A stretch of DNA of 64,000 bases from Pelomyxa schiedti (Eukaryota; Protista; Evosea), in assembly GCA_020536535.1 (NCBI GenBank), contig JAHLWZ010000573.1, forward strand, positions 1 to 64,000, in the 5' to 3' direction. Both the position numbers and the translations under genes were made by a program. This document shows positions 31,484 through 42,972 of this stretch, one piece after another. Numbering within the stretch: position 1 is the first letter of the stretch; every line of letters begins with the position of its first letter. Below the pieces are notes generated by a model. The model had not been told where the DNA came from. It did not search any database and was given only the letters and a program-made list of their open reading frames with translations.

Positions 31484-34350
31484 ATGAAACGAGTACTCCC
31501 ACCCGGCGTTGTTGGTGGTGGCGCCCCTATTCTGACGGGATACCCCCCGCAGCCGAATTACGGAAACATGGGCCCGCCGCGATCTACGTGTGCGCCGATG
31601 GGCGGACGCGGCGTCAACGCGATGCCACAGCCTCCTCCGCAGCCCACGCCTTCCCCCTATGGGATGGCGGTACAGCCGGGACCCATGCAGGTGCCGCCGG
31701 GGTCGCAATACGCGTACGGTGCTACGGTTGCTGTTGACGTGCAGCAGCCGCAGAACTACGGAGGGAGAATGGCCCCGCCACCGGGTATGTACCAACCACC
31801 GCAACCGGGGCAGGGGACGCGCCCAGGAGTTATGCAACAGCCAGGAACAATGCAACAACCCCCAGTAACTTCTTCTATGCCGATGGTGCCACCAACTGGA
31901 GGAAGTGCTTTCCAACAGATTGGCGCACGCCCGGGGGGGGGACTACAAAGCAATATACCTTCTTACCGGCCGCCCAAAGTTGCATGGGAGCCACCAGAGG
32001 ACGAGCAATCGATGTTTCGCTGCCCACTGTGTGTAAACGTACTCGAAGACCCTGTTGAGCTAGATTGTTCGTGCAAGTGTGTTGTTTGCCAACAATGCGC
32101 AGGGTCCCTCAGTGCAATGGCTTATCTCGTGGTATCCATCTCTCAACGTTCTCCTCTTTCACACCTTCTTAGGATCCCCAAGCTCCTATTCCATGTCCAA
32201 CTTGTTTGAAGCCTGTGACTGTGGAAAAGTGTATTGAAGCGAAGGAGACAAAGGAAGGGCTACCAAGCTGGAAGGAAGCCCAGGTACCGGAACGTGTTAG
32301 TATCCCTCTTTCGCCCTCTAAACAACCAAGGCCAAACGCCACCTCTGCGCATATGAGTGTGGGAAGGCCACAATTCAGTGCTCAAATGATCACAATCTAT
32401 TTTGTAGTACGGAATGCTTTAATCGTTTTCATGGCGAGATACCAGCTTACCTCCGAACTAGACACAAGGTATGACAAATAGGAGTAACCGTGTTCTTAAT
32501 AAACATAGGCTCAAACCTATGTCCCAACAGAAGAATCCCAAATTATGGTTTTTCTGCCTACCCCCCTCCCCGTTCTACTAACAGCCATCTTCAGTGCACT
32601 GCACACTCCAGTGCGATGTGCGATTTGTTTTGCATGCAATGCAACGGTTTGATTTGTACGCAGTGCGTAATGCCTACTGGCGGTCATGCTGATCATCCAT
32701 GTGCTCGTGCGTTCGACATGATTGAGGATAATTTGAATGTTATATCACCTGCCGGTACGTCAAGTCAACTTAACACGGGGAATGGAACTATGGGCGCTTT
32801 TAAAAAAATTGTGGAAGACGAAGCTGTATGTATTGCCGCCATTGACCAGGAAACACTTCAAGTTGAGCAGGTAGTGCATGTTCATCACTTTCCCTCTTCT
32901 GAGTTTTTCAGGTAATTCGAGACCACCGCTCAAATCTTATGTCGGCATTCAAAGAATTGCAAGATGCCCTTTCCAAGCGTATGGCTGAACAAGAGCAAGA
33001 GATTGCTAATCTTGAAAAAGAGACAAGTACATAATCTTTTCCAACAAAACCACTAACAGTCTGGTAGAACAATTCCTTGCCGACCAGAAGCAAGCTCTAC
33101 AAATAGCACACAGCTCTCACAGGAGACTAACTGAGGTGGAAGCAGAACTGGGATGCAGGAATTTCCTAATCTTGAAACTTACCCGTTCTCGTTTAGACAC
33201 GCTTCTGAGTGTATGCGTAAGTCCATCTACTCCAAACCCTAACTAGTCTAGGAATTCGAAAGGGGTCGTGACCGGGCGCTCACGCCATGTAAACAAGCAA
33301 GTTTTATCAGTGTAGGGGCTGATCACAGTCAACTACTTCGTGATATTAAGGCATTTGGATATTTGGGGTATATCCGACAACCTCTGCCTCTGAATGTGAC
33401 GGCTTCTGAGCTTACTACTTCAGTGGAGACACGGAAGTCGTCTTTTCACCTCCAGTGGGTACCGCAGCTGCTCGACAAGGAGAACGACAAAGAAAAAATA
33501 ACAGACTACGAAGTCACAGTCTGCTATTTTGACTCTCAACGTCAAAAGCATCGCGAAGATAAAGCGGTGACTGTAACAGTTCCCGAGTTTAAACTATCCG
33601 ATGTATGTGCCGGCCTGAACTTCACTGTACAAGTAATAGGCCACAACGCAGCGAGAATGCCCACACCTCCCCTTCAAATCCCTATTTCTACGACAACCAT
33701 TCGCGCGTATAAGACACTCCTGGCTGACGAGGTAGATGTTCGAACTCCACCATGTTCAGAGACAGGCACAGTTCAACCTTTCCCTTTCACTGCAGCCAGC
33801 ACACCTGATAATTTGCTGAAATGGTCCGGCAAACTCGCTGCTCCTGACGGGTATGTTCCCTTCGATTTTGTAGCTGCTCCCAAAACTCTAAAATGCAGGT
33901 CGAATGTAGATTTTAGTCTTCAGATGGACCCTCGTCATCCAAGTGTTGGCCCTACAATTGTGTTCTCACCTGGGGTTATACAAAACCCTATTGTCGACCA
34001 AACCGGCAAATTCATAGAGCAGTATCACCAGTACCTCTCTGATCAATTTGCTGCTGGTCCATCTTTGGTTTCCTTCCTGAAGCTGGTACACAGCTTGGTT
34101 TTCCCTGCACAAGAACCTGTGGCTGACAACCAACCACGTAAGTGCCTTTGACAGTACCTGGTATTGTTGACCTGTTATAGGTGGGGGACATGAGTACACT
34201 CAAATGGGAACCGGGGACACCTACCAAGAAGGGTATCCACCACAACCCTACCCAGGGGACCAGCAACAATACACACAACAAGTTCAACATATGCAACAGT
34301 TCCAGATGCCACCAGGTGTTACAATGCAACCAGGTGCTAATCGATATTAA
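31484..34350 (+). CDS. TRIM-like E3 ligase: P/Q/G-rich N-terminus, RING, two B-boxes, coiled coil, FN3, UEV (inactive UBC fold)
   Basis: RING: CPLCVNVLEDPVELDCSCKCVVCQQC..CPTC. B-box: CTAH..LFCMQCNGLICTQCV..HADH. FN3: LQW..ITDYEV..FTVQVIGHN. UBC-like: DNLLKWSGKL..HPSVGPTIVF..NPIVDQTGK. Confidence 0.85.
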
Positions 34351-35123
34351 CACACCTCATTTCCTACTTTTTTTGGTGTGCACCTCAGCCCAATCTCCAA
34401 AGTCCAGCTCTGTCCCCTTACCCACAAAAAATACAAGGCAATCTGATCCTCCTTTCAAAAATATGCTGGGAAAAAATTACACATGCTTTCCCAGAGCCCG
34501 GTTACTGTTGTAGCTGTAACTTTTTAACGGCCCTCCCGCGAACGTTGGATAACCGAAATGTGTTCCATCAGAAGCTTCCACACCTTTTTTGCACACCAAA
34601 TCAAACCAAGAGATCGACACAATGAGCCTGAGGTTTTGCAGGGTACAACTTACAGAGGGGTGTATAAGACACTTGGGATGGTTCGACAGCAGCATACATG
34701 GGAGCTGAGTACCAGCGAGGGTTCCACTTGATGGTTACCGTTATAACGAAAGGCTTTTTTTTCCCTCTTTCCAGTGGGGTCTGTGTCGTAGATCCGGCAC
34801 TGTCGCTGTTGCTTGGGCAGTACTCCCTGATTAACAAGGGAGCAGGGCCGGCACGTCACCGCTCACAGTTAGATGGGCGTCGTGTGTACGGGCCACAAAG
34901 GAGAAAAAAAAATAGGATTCTGCTAAGAGATGGTGCCAGTCCCATATGTGTATCCGTGTGTGGATCGTTTTTAAAGGCTACAAAGTGAATTTGGGAGTGA
35001 TTGTTTGGGTTCTACTTCTACAATCCTAGGAAATCTACATTTGGTCTTTCCCCAATGGCTGAAGTCAGGGATAAGATCTACCATAGAGATCCCAAAGGGC
35101 ATGCACAAGTTTGTACAAGATGT

Positions 35124-36671
35124 TTATTCATGTGCATCTGCTCTGGATAGTAAGCACACATTCAGGAATTGTGTAAGGGCTGTTTCCACGAGCGCTCTGA
35201 GCGTTGGTGCCGCGAGTCCGGCTGGTTTTTCATTCTCCTTTTGAACAACATACCAACAGGGCTGACAGCCTCTTACACGCGCGTACTTCACTGATCCTGT
35301 TTTAATTAGTGAGTTTAGAGGTGTTTGCTTGTTTTTTACTCACCCCCACTGTCCACATATGTGGCATGCTCATCGGGCCAACGTCTGAAAATTCTTAAGT
35401 GGTAAATACCCTAAATTCATTAACCAGGAAAAAAGAAACTTGTAACCAAATACCTGTCCTGTATTCAGAGAGCCGGCACACATGCCAGGAGTTGAGTCAC
35501 TGAAACGAATAAGAAACGCTCTGACTTTCTGTTTGGAAAGAATCTGTTCGCAAGTAATCCGTCCAATGAACCCGAAGTTGTACCTAAAACTGGTGAGTTT
35601 GATATGAAATAGGGAAAAAACTCACGGAGAGTTGATGTCATCTATTGTTGACTGTAATACTTCCAACACTTCACTTATTGGGGAAGAAAGAAAAGAGCAC
35701 AATTGTAACCAACGAGATTTTGTTATCGAATTGCCTTTATCGCAAACTATGGTTTGTTGGTTAGTTTTGTTCTTTTTATGTGGATTTACCCATTAGTTCG
35801 GACCAGGAGGATATATCCGCATTGAACATCTGTGAAATAAAGAGAGTGACGCAACCCCAGGTAACTGTGGGTGCACTATGGGCCATGGCGTACCATGCAC
35901 TTTCGGTGGTGTAAGTGGTGGGAGCACTGTGAAACAGAGGAACAGACTTTGAGTTCATTTCGGGGGGATTGTGCAATAGTGGATTGAAGGAAGGTGGAGG
36001 AACAGTTTTAACGAGTGCAGAAGGCTCGGGAGTTGCTTTGGGTAAATCTGGCATTTCTTTAAATTGCTTGGAAAGTTTGTTTGATAGCATACTGTACACA
36101 ACTCCGAGATGAAGAAATTGATTATTAGACCACAGAAATAAGAGTAGCGAATAGCACGTGTCCCTTTTTTTCGGAGGAGGGAGTATGAGTCTACAAGGAC
36201 GCACCGTACCTAAGATAAAGTTGGGGATATTTATATGGAAAATAATTTGCAAGTCATAGGGAGAGTACTGGATGGTTTTCGACATTGCAGCACAAGGAAC
36301 CCGTCGCACAGCTGTACGTATGTTGTAACTCCACTTTCTACCTGCGCCACTTTCACTATCTCGTAGGCTTCTTCCGAAAATTTTGGGATGAAGCAACACT
36401 CGGATGGGATGCCCGGCTCCACTACAAAATATGCGGTGAACAATGCTTGGAGTGCCCCCGCGACCACATCCAGGTGACGCTTGTACTTTGGTGGAAGCGA
36501 TAGGTCCGACCTCTCGGGTTGATATTCATTCGGTCGTGCCTCCGTGCTTCTTGTGCCATTGTTGAGGCCTACAGACCTGGCCGGTGATACTTTTTGTGGT
36601 TGTAGCGGCTGTTGTAGCTGCTGTATGAATTGAGCTGACGTGGTATGTTGTGGCTGTGGGTGTGAGCTCAT
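35124..36671 (-). CDS. SH2-domain protein (STAT/SHK-type SH2 near the C-terminus)
   Basis: YNFGFIGRITCEQILSKQKVRAFLIRFSDSTPG, with the invariant betaB Arg in FLIRFS. Spliced reading ends SRADAHE*. Confidence 0.75.
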
Positions 36672-37060
36672 TTTTGGTTTTTTGCTGGTTTTTTTTATGG
36701 TTTTCAACTACGGGGGTTACCGACTTGGTGTCTCCACCACCTTGGATATGGGACTGACTTAAGGGTTTCAGAGTGCACATGTTGGTTGAGGAACCGGTTC
36801 CCTGGAACAGAAACGGCTCGTGCCATTTCTGAGCTGTTACCGCTACACTGGCTGGAACTACTAAGTATCTTCTCCGATAGTGGTGGAAGGCAGCTTGACG
36901 CATTGGAGCATGGATGCTGCGTGATATTATGCAGAGGCTCAGAATGAAGGAAAGAAAGTCAAGGGTTGTCACTAGCACACTTTTTGCACAAAGAAGTTTA
37001 ACAGTGTTTTTTATCCAATACTACCTTTTTACCTTATTTCCTCTCAAAAAGCCTTTTTGA

Positions 37061-37170
37061 GAGGAAAAACCTTCACCCAATGGGGTGAAGGTTTCCAGAG
37101 GAAAGTGACAGCCAAAACCTTCACTTCTTGGGTTTTTGGGTGAAGACTTCATAGAGGAAAACACCCCTTC
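37061..37170. promoter_or_regulatory. Inverted/direct repeat cluster in a divergent intergenic region
   Basis: 12-bp stem aaaccttcaccc-aatg-gggtgaaggttt (37067-37094), a second aaaaccttcac...gggtgaag, and gaggaaa x3. Regulatory role is inferred only. Confidence 0.35.
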
Positions 37171-37246
37171 CAATGATACAGTTATGATCTCCATTGAGTT
37201 GTGTGTTTTGTTGATCCAGCAGTTCTGCACCACAACACTGACACTG

Positions 37247-39186
37247 ATGACTACAACTATGACTGCACTGACCAATCCACAACAACAGGAGATACTGTCC
37301 CACAAGTATTCGACTGCAGCCCACCGGTGAGCCCTTACACTACTTCGACGCACTCAGTGTTTTTACAACAAGTTAAATCAACTGAGAAGAAGCAGTGACG
37401 ACCGAACGGCCGTTTGGTGGCACTGTTTCCCGGACGGATACAGTGGTTGCCTGCGCCCAGAGGGAGGACCGCAGATCTGTCATACCCAGTAAAGAAAGTA
37501 AGAGTTGGTGGTAGCGCACTCATTTTATTTTTGACACTGGAGACACAGGCACTAGCAGCAGTCAGTCAGCTGTGTTACACAAAGAACGACAGAAGAAGGG
37601 CAGGAGGAAGAAAAACGAACACAGCAAAGACGTCGCTACATCCAAGGGTGGAAAGGGGAGCCCGGTCTGTGAAAATGTTAAAGAACCAACGAGAAAGCGA
37701 TCCAGGGTCGACAAGGAAGTACTTGTTAGCTCTGGGAGGTACCATTTCCACGTATGATTGATTTTTGTGGCAACCTTCACTCCAATATCACGGCGTGTAT
37801 CACCATTCATAGAGCTGATGGGCGTCCTACTCGCCGCTGTGCAGCCAAGGCATCGCAAATAATTGGTATGCATTGACATTGCATTCTACACATGACTTGT
37901 CCACCAGGCAGATTTTTTGAGGAATTGTCCAGTGCTCCGGCGCCAATAGATTATGGTTCTATTGGAGACGATGAGGGAGACCTCTCTGACTTGGATGGTA
38001 ACGGGGATTTAGATGAGTCTTTCCATCCCAGTCTGTCGAACTCATGTGAAGAGTCTCTAGATTCACCAGATTCACTGGACTCTCCTGAATCACCTCCAGT
38101 TACACCAAAAATAGAAGTCACCATGTCACCGATACCTGAAAGATCTGGTGAAAGCGATAATGGCGACTCCTCCTGGGACTCAGAGGTACAAATTGGAATT
38201 ATATTAAATCCACTTTACACCAACCTATACATACCAGCAAGAGAACCAACTCTGTGCTGGGTACATGTCCATTCCTCCGCAGAGCAAATACTTCTGGGTG
38301 CAGGTCGCCAAGCATGTGCCTAACAAGTCGCCGCACCAGTGCATAACGAAGTTCGCACAAATGTTTGAGAAGCGGGCCTCCTCACGGCATCACCCTATCA
38401 AACCAGAGAAGCCAAGTGAAGAAGATGTTATTAGGGGCAGAGCGGGGACCGGCCTTAGAATGAGGTGCATAAGAAAACTGTTGAAACAGGTCTATTGCGT
38501 GTTTACCTCCAGTCCTCTAACAATAATCAGACAGATGCAAAACAGGCTCCACACGATCCGCTGTCATCTTGTGATCGCCATGCCTTGAATACCGAGGCCA
38601 CACTAGATCAACTGGACTCCGTCTTTTCTACTGCACGACTTACTGTAAAGCACGCCTCACCCAAACCAAAGAGCACGGTTTCCCCTCGCACCAGCCTCAG
38701 TGACAGTGAGGTTGTGTCACCCTTGACCCACAACAGGGATTTACTTGATGCCTATGTCATACGGTTGGCCAAAGGCCGGCAAAAAGTCACTCTCCAAAAC
38801 GCCAAGACGAAGTCATTTGAGTCGGCTGCTATCGTACCAAGAAAGAAGGTAAGGTCTTTCAGTAGTACCGCATCTTTACCTATTTGCAGCGAGCTCCACT
38901 CAATAACGTTAACGAGTGGGTGAGTTCCCATCAGAAGAGAACCTCAACAGATACCGACGACTTGTACTTCGATTACCGCGACGATGACCCCATACCCCAC
39001 ACACCTCCCGAGCAATCACAACACAATCAAACGTCATCCGACTCCCCAAATAGCCCTCCAACGCCAACAGCCGCTGCCTCAACAAACACAAGCACAACCA
39101 ACACGTGCCATACCCTTTCCACGCCACAACCACTAAATCAGTCACTACAGTACACCCAATCAACAAACAAACAAAGCAATGAATAG
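37247..39186 (+). CDS. MIS18BP1: SANT/Myb protein resembling the C-terminal half of Mis18-binding protein 1 (KNL2); start uncertain
   Basis: WDSEQENQLCAGYMSIPPQSKYFWVQVAKHVPNKSPHQC (SANT), IRGRAGTGLRMRCIRKLL, VSPLTHNRDLLDAYVIRL and DDLYFD are collinear with the vertebrate M18BP1 C-terminus as I recall it. Confidence 0.6.
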
Positions 39187-39224
39187 TTCTGTAAACCAAC
39201 TCCCTTGATGGTTGGAGCACCAGT

Positions 39225-39798
39225 CTAGTCAAAGAGGCCGAATCCAGATAACGAAGAGTTGGGTGATGTGGACCCTGACCACTTAAGTTGAGGTCTCTTG
39301 ATCTCCATGGCCTCCAAGCGTGGTAGTTTTTCAGATGAGGAGGAACTGTTGTATCCAATGGTGAGCTTTGGCGTTCCAAACAGGCAGTCCTCATCAGATG
39401 AGGCCAGAGACTGAAAAAGAAAAAAAGGAGACACATACCAGTGTCACTTGTGCTGGAAATGCCGAAAACACTCGCATTGTGCAACACTGGGAGGGCTGTT
39501 CATGTATAACAATACAACTAAAAAGAAAATAAGTAACTAAATAAAATAAAAAAAAAAAAAAACAAAATAAATAAATATAATTTCACGGTATAAAATCAAT
39601 TAAATGCATTTAATTTAATTTAAATAAAATAGATAGATAAACAAATAAATATACTGTTGGCAGAAGCCGCCCTGCACCCTGCACCCCACACCCCACGGCC
39701 CACGCACCGCACACCACGCACCACGGCCCACGCCCAGCGCTCTGCACCGCGCCCCCCCCCCCCGGACACCACCCCGTGGATGGAGACCCATCCGTCAT
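39225..39798 (-). CDS. Small hypothetical 3-exon protein (about 130 aa)
   Basis: Two phase-0 GT-AG introns (one AT-rich, one 28-nt GTATGT..TTTCAG) join MTDGSP..RLLPT|PSQCC..QVTL|SLASSDED..GFGLFD*. It may extend further 5'. Confidence 0.4.
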
Positions 39799-40121
39799 CC
39801 ACTGCCCCGACGTGTCTCGCCGCACCACCAGCCCCACCCCACAGCTGAGATACCATTTCGGCTGCACGGTATGTCCACCAGGAGGTGGTGCTTTGGGGGT
39901 TCGTTTTCGGACTTCATTGCCACTAACCGGCACTACGACTCCGGCGAAGTCACGAAGCTCGGAGTTTTGAGAACTGATGACCGATTGGAAACACTTTTTT
40001 AACCTGTTTAACACTCTGTGGGACCTATGGAAGGAGTTTTTGACTGCAGGATACAAAGTGTCAAATGACCACCCTGGGGTCATTTTACACAGGAAATGAT
40101 AGGTGACCACCCTAAATTACA

Positions 40122-41120
40122 TCATGTGGTTTTTCCTCTAGGTAAATTGACCGCCCTTGCCCTCCAGATATGCAATAGAACACAGCGGAGGTGACGATTC
40201 AGTACTTGCCAGATGGTTCCCATTTCCAAACGGGGTATCCCAAGTGTTGCCATAATGGGAGAATGCTTTCTGGGAGACGAGGAATGCCCATCGAGGTACA
40301 TGCTGTTCTTTGTGATAAACCAGGTCCCTTCCCCTGGATTACTTTCACAGCTGTTAAGAGTTACACTCCAACACCAATGTGACTTCCAGAGATAATTAAT
40401 TACTTGAAATATTCCAAGTAGCTCTTGGCCCAATCTTAACACCCATATCAGCAACAATAGAGATTACATTCACCGACGGGTTCTGTACAGTGCAGTTTTT
40501 GTCTCTGTAATATCCATCAGTATTTGTACACCAGAAATTTTCAGTCCAGGTTGTACTCTCGGTTTTCTTATCAGTTGAAAAATCAGGAGAATACCAATGA
40601 GCCTCGAGTTTGTAAAGCAGGCAGAAGAGAGGTTAGATCCACGAAGGAGGGCATTGGAAAAATTAGTGCAGCACCTTTGAGAGGTTGGGGCGAACAGTTT
40701 TAGCACCTCTGAAATTAGAACTCGCGAGGTTCCCGGCCTGAAGATTGGCTTATTTGAGTTTTGTATGGGCAAAGTTAGCCCCACTTGCAGTGGCACTGAG
40801 ATTTGCACATGAAAGATCAGAGCCCTCAAAATTACAGCTGAAAACGGCATTCCGCAACCAGGACACACAGTGTCCTAAAATAAAAAATGGAACCTTGGAG
40901 CTGTACCAATGTTCTTCCAACCCCAAGACCTCTCCTTCTTGGAAAAACAACCAGGCAGTGTTGTCCTCACCTTCTATGAAGGTGGTCGGGATGGTTGGTC
41001 GGGACAGTTCACCTTGGGAGTGTGATCTGTTACACAAAAATTCTGAACGGAGAATTCTTGGTTGATGTGCGTGTCTCAGTGTCCTCCCACCAAATTCGTG
41101 TTTTCTCTCATTTTGATGAA
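40122..41120 (-). pseudogene. Disrupted pentapeptide-repeat protein gene (possibly BTB/KCTD9-like)
   Basis: A[ND]Lxx-type repeats CNFEG SDLSC ANLSA..ANFAH TKLK* ANLQA GNLAS SNFRG, interrupted by TAA at 40750-40752. Repeats resume in another frame (TNFSN ALLRG SNLSS ACFTN SRL). Confidence 0.6.
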
Positions 41121-41487
41121 CACGCGTGTAGCTGAGGCGGTTTGGATGAGCACCTAACTGTGCAGATTTGCAGGATGACTTGAGGCTTGTGGCTGAGCCA
41201 AACTACACTGAGAGTTACCCAGCCTCTCAGATTCCAAGCGCCCCATCGACGGCAAACCCTTCTTTTTTTCCTTCTTTGCACTACTGCCGTTCAGGAATTG
41301 CGACGATCTAGGATCTCTCAAATCCAAAGGTATTTTTGGCCACGGTCCACGGAACAGAAGTCGCGATCACCAGTGGGTTTTCAAACATCAAATCAAGGTG
41401 AAGGTTTCTTTTCTTGTCTTTTCTTGTTCGTTCTGCACCTAACACAGACATACAAAGCCAGATACGGCATCAACGAACACTGCCACA

Positions 41488-42847
41488 ATGACCACCCCAC
41501 GCGGCATCAACTTCCCACCACCAACAAAAACAAACAATCCAAGCCCGACAACCTCCGCACCACCACCACGCCCAACATCATCCCCCCGCCTGTCGCCAAT
41601 GACCCCCCGCACGGCCCCTTCGCCTTCGCCATCCCCCGCGAACCCCTCTCGGCGATGTAACAGCGTCGCCCGGTCGGGCGCGAGCGAGGAAGGTTCATCA
41701 CCCAGAGAGGGCACGAGGCAAGGTGCAAAGCGCACAGTGGGCGAGGGGAAGGGACCTGGTTCGGGTACTGGTACGGCAGCGGCGTGGACGCCGGTGGTGC
41801 TGAGTGTGCCACAGCGGGTGCACCGCAGGAAGCCGGTGGACCTCTGCGTGAGGGTGGACAAGCGTTGGAGGGAGTCCCACGGTATAACCACCGGCGCAAT
41901 GTTCTCGGTGTTTATCAACCACTCTTGCGTTAGTGCAACCACTCATGTTAAATGTGTGTGTACTCTCCTATTTCTAGAAATTGGGTATGTCGAGATAGTA
42001 GTATGTTGTTTAACAATGCGGCAAGTATGAGTAACAAATCACTTTATACAGTGGAATGCTTTCGATGCAGCCCCGGAGTTGGCCACCCAGTGAAAGTTAT
42101 TGTCAAGTCAAGATATCCGGTTATTGACAAAGAAAGCAACGCGGAAATCTATGAGCTGTCTCTTCTCTCTATTTGTACCTCTTCAAGGTATTCTCGCATA
42201 TGAAACAAAGCCAACACAATCCTAGGGATCACCTGGGTTCTATGGTCAGCTTATGCTTTGACATTCCCGGCTATGGTTTGCTTTTTAGCAACAGCTTCCA
42301 CTTGCGCGCGAGAATGAAGAAATCATGGCCAGCTATGCCACCTTCATCCTATAGCAGTACTACTCCAACTCCGCCTATCAACGATCCCGTATCACCTGTT
42401 GCTGAGCCAGAACAGGAATCTTATGATGTTACCCGAACAATTATAAATAGTTCCAAGAAGTTTCGTGCTCCTGGTTAGCCCGTCTTCCCTAATTTAATCT
42501 GACCACACCAACTAGGTACATACTGTGTCGTAAGATTTACACGGTCTCTGATGCCGATTAAGCTGGAACAGTTCTTACTCAATCATCTATTTTCTGTCAC
42601 ACTCCCGCCGGTATTCTCACAGCTACGCGGGAATGTTCGGGCTGTAAAACAGGTAGCACCCGCCACAGAACCCGCAGACAACAACAACCTGTGGCTCACA
42701 GTGGTTACCTATGAGACCATTGAAGAGTTCCGCACAGCCATGAACACGTGGTATCTCATACAAAAGAACATTCTCCCTAATCCCCTCAACATCGACCTGC
42801 TGGACGGTGGTTTCTGCTACACCATGGCTCTATTTGACAACGTATGA
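41488..42847 (+). CDS. Putative CudA-like amoebozoan DNA-binding protein
   Basis: S/P-rich N-terminus, CFRC, ICTSSR|DHLGS..LCF..FSNSFHLRARMKK. The family call is from motif recall only. Confidence 0.45.
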
Positions 42848-42972
42848 TTGCCACCACCCCATACACCATCCATTGTCTGATTAGAGAAACAAAAGTGTGC
42901 GGAGGTAAACAACTTCCTCACACAGTACTGATAGTGTGGAAAAAAAGAAAAAGATAGCCTAATTTTGTCTTA

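Noticed and set aside
34670-34700. GGTTCGA as a tRNA T-loop or Pol III B-box
   Set aside because: No T-stem or cloverleaf can be formed around it.
40750-40752. In-frame TAA as evidence for stop-codon reassignment
   Set aside because: TAA, TAG and TGA all terminate conserved genes here (PFO and TFIIA; TBC; PI3K), and a frameshift lies nearby.
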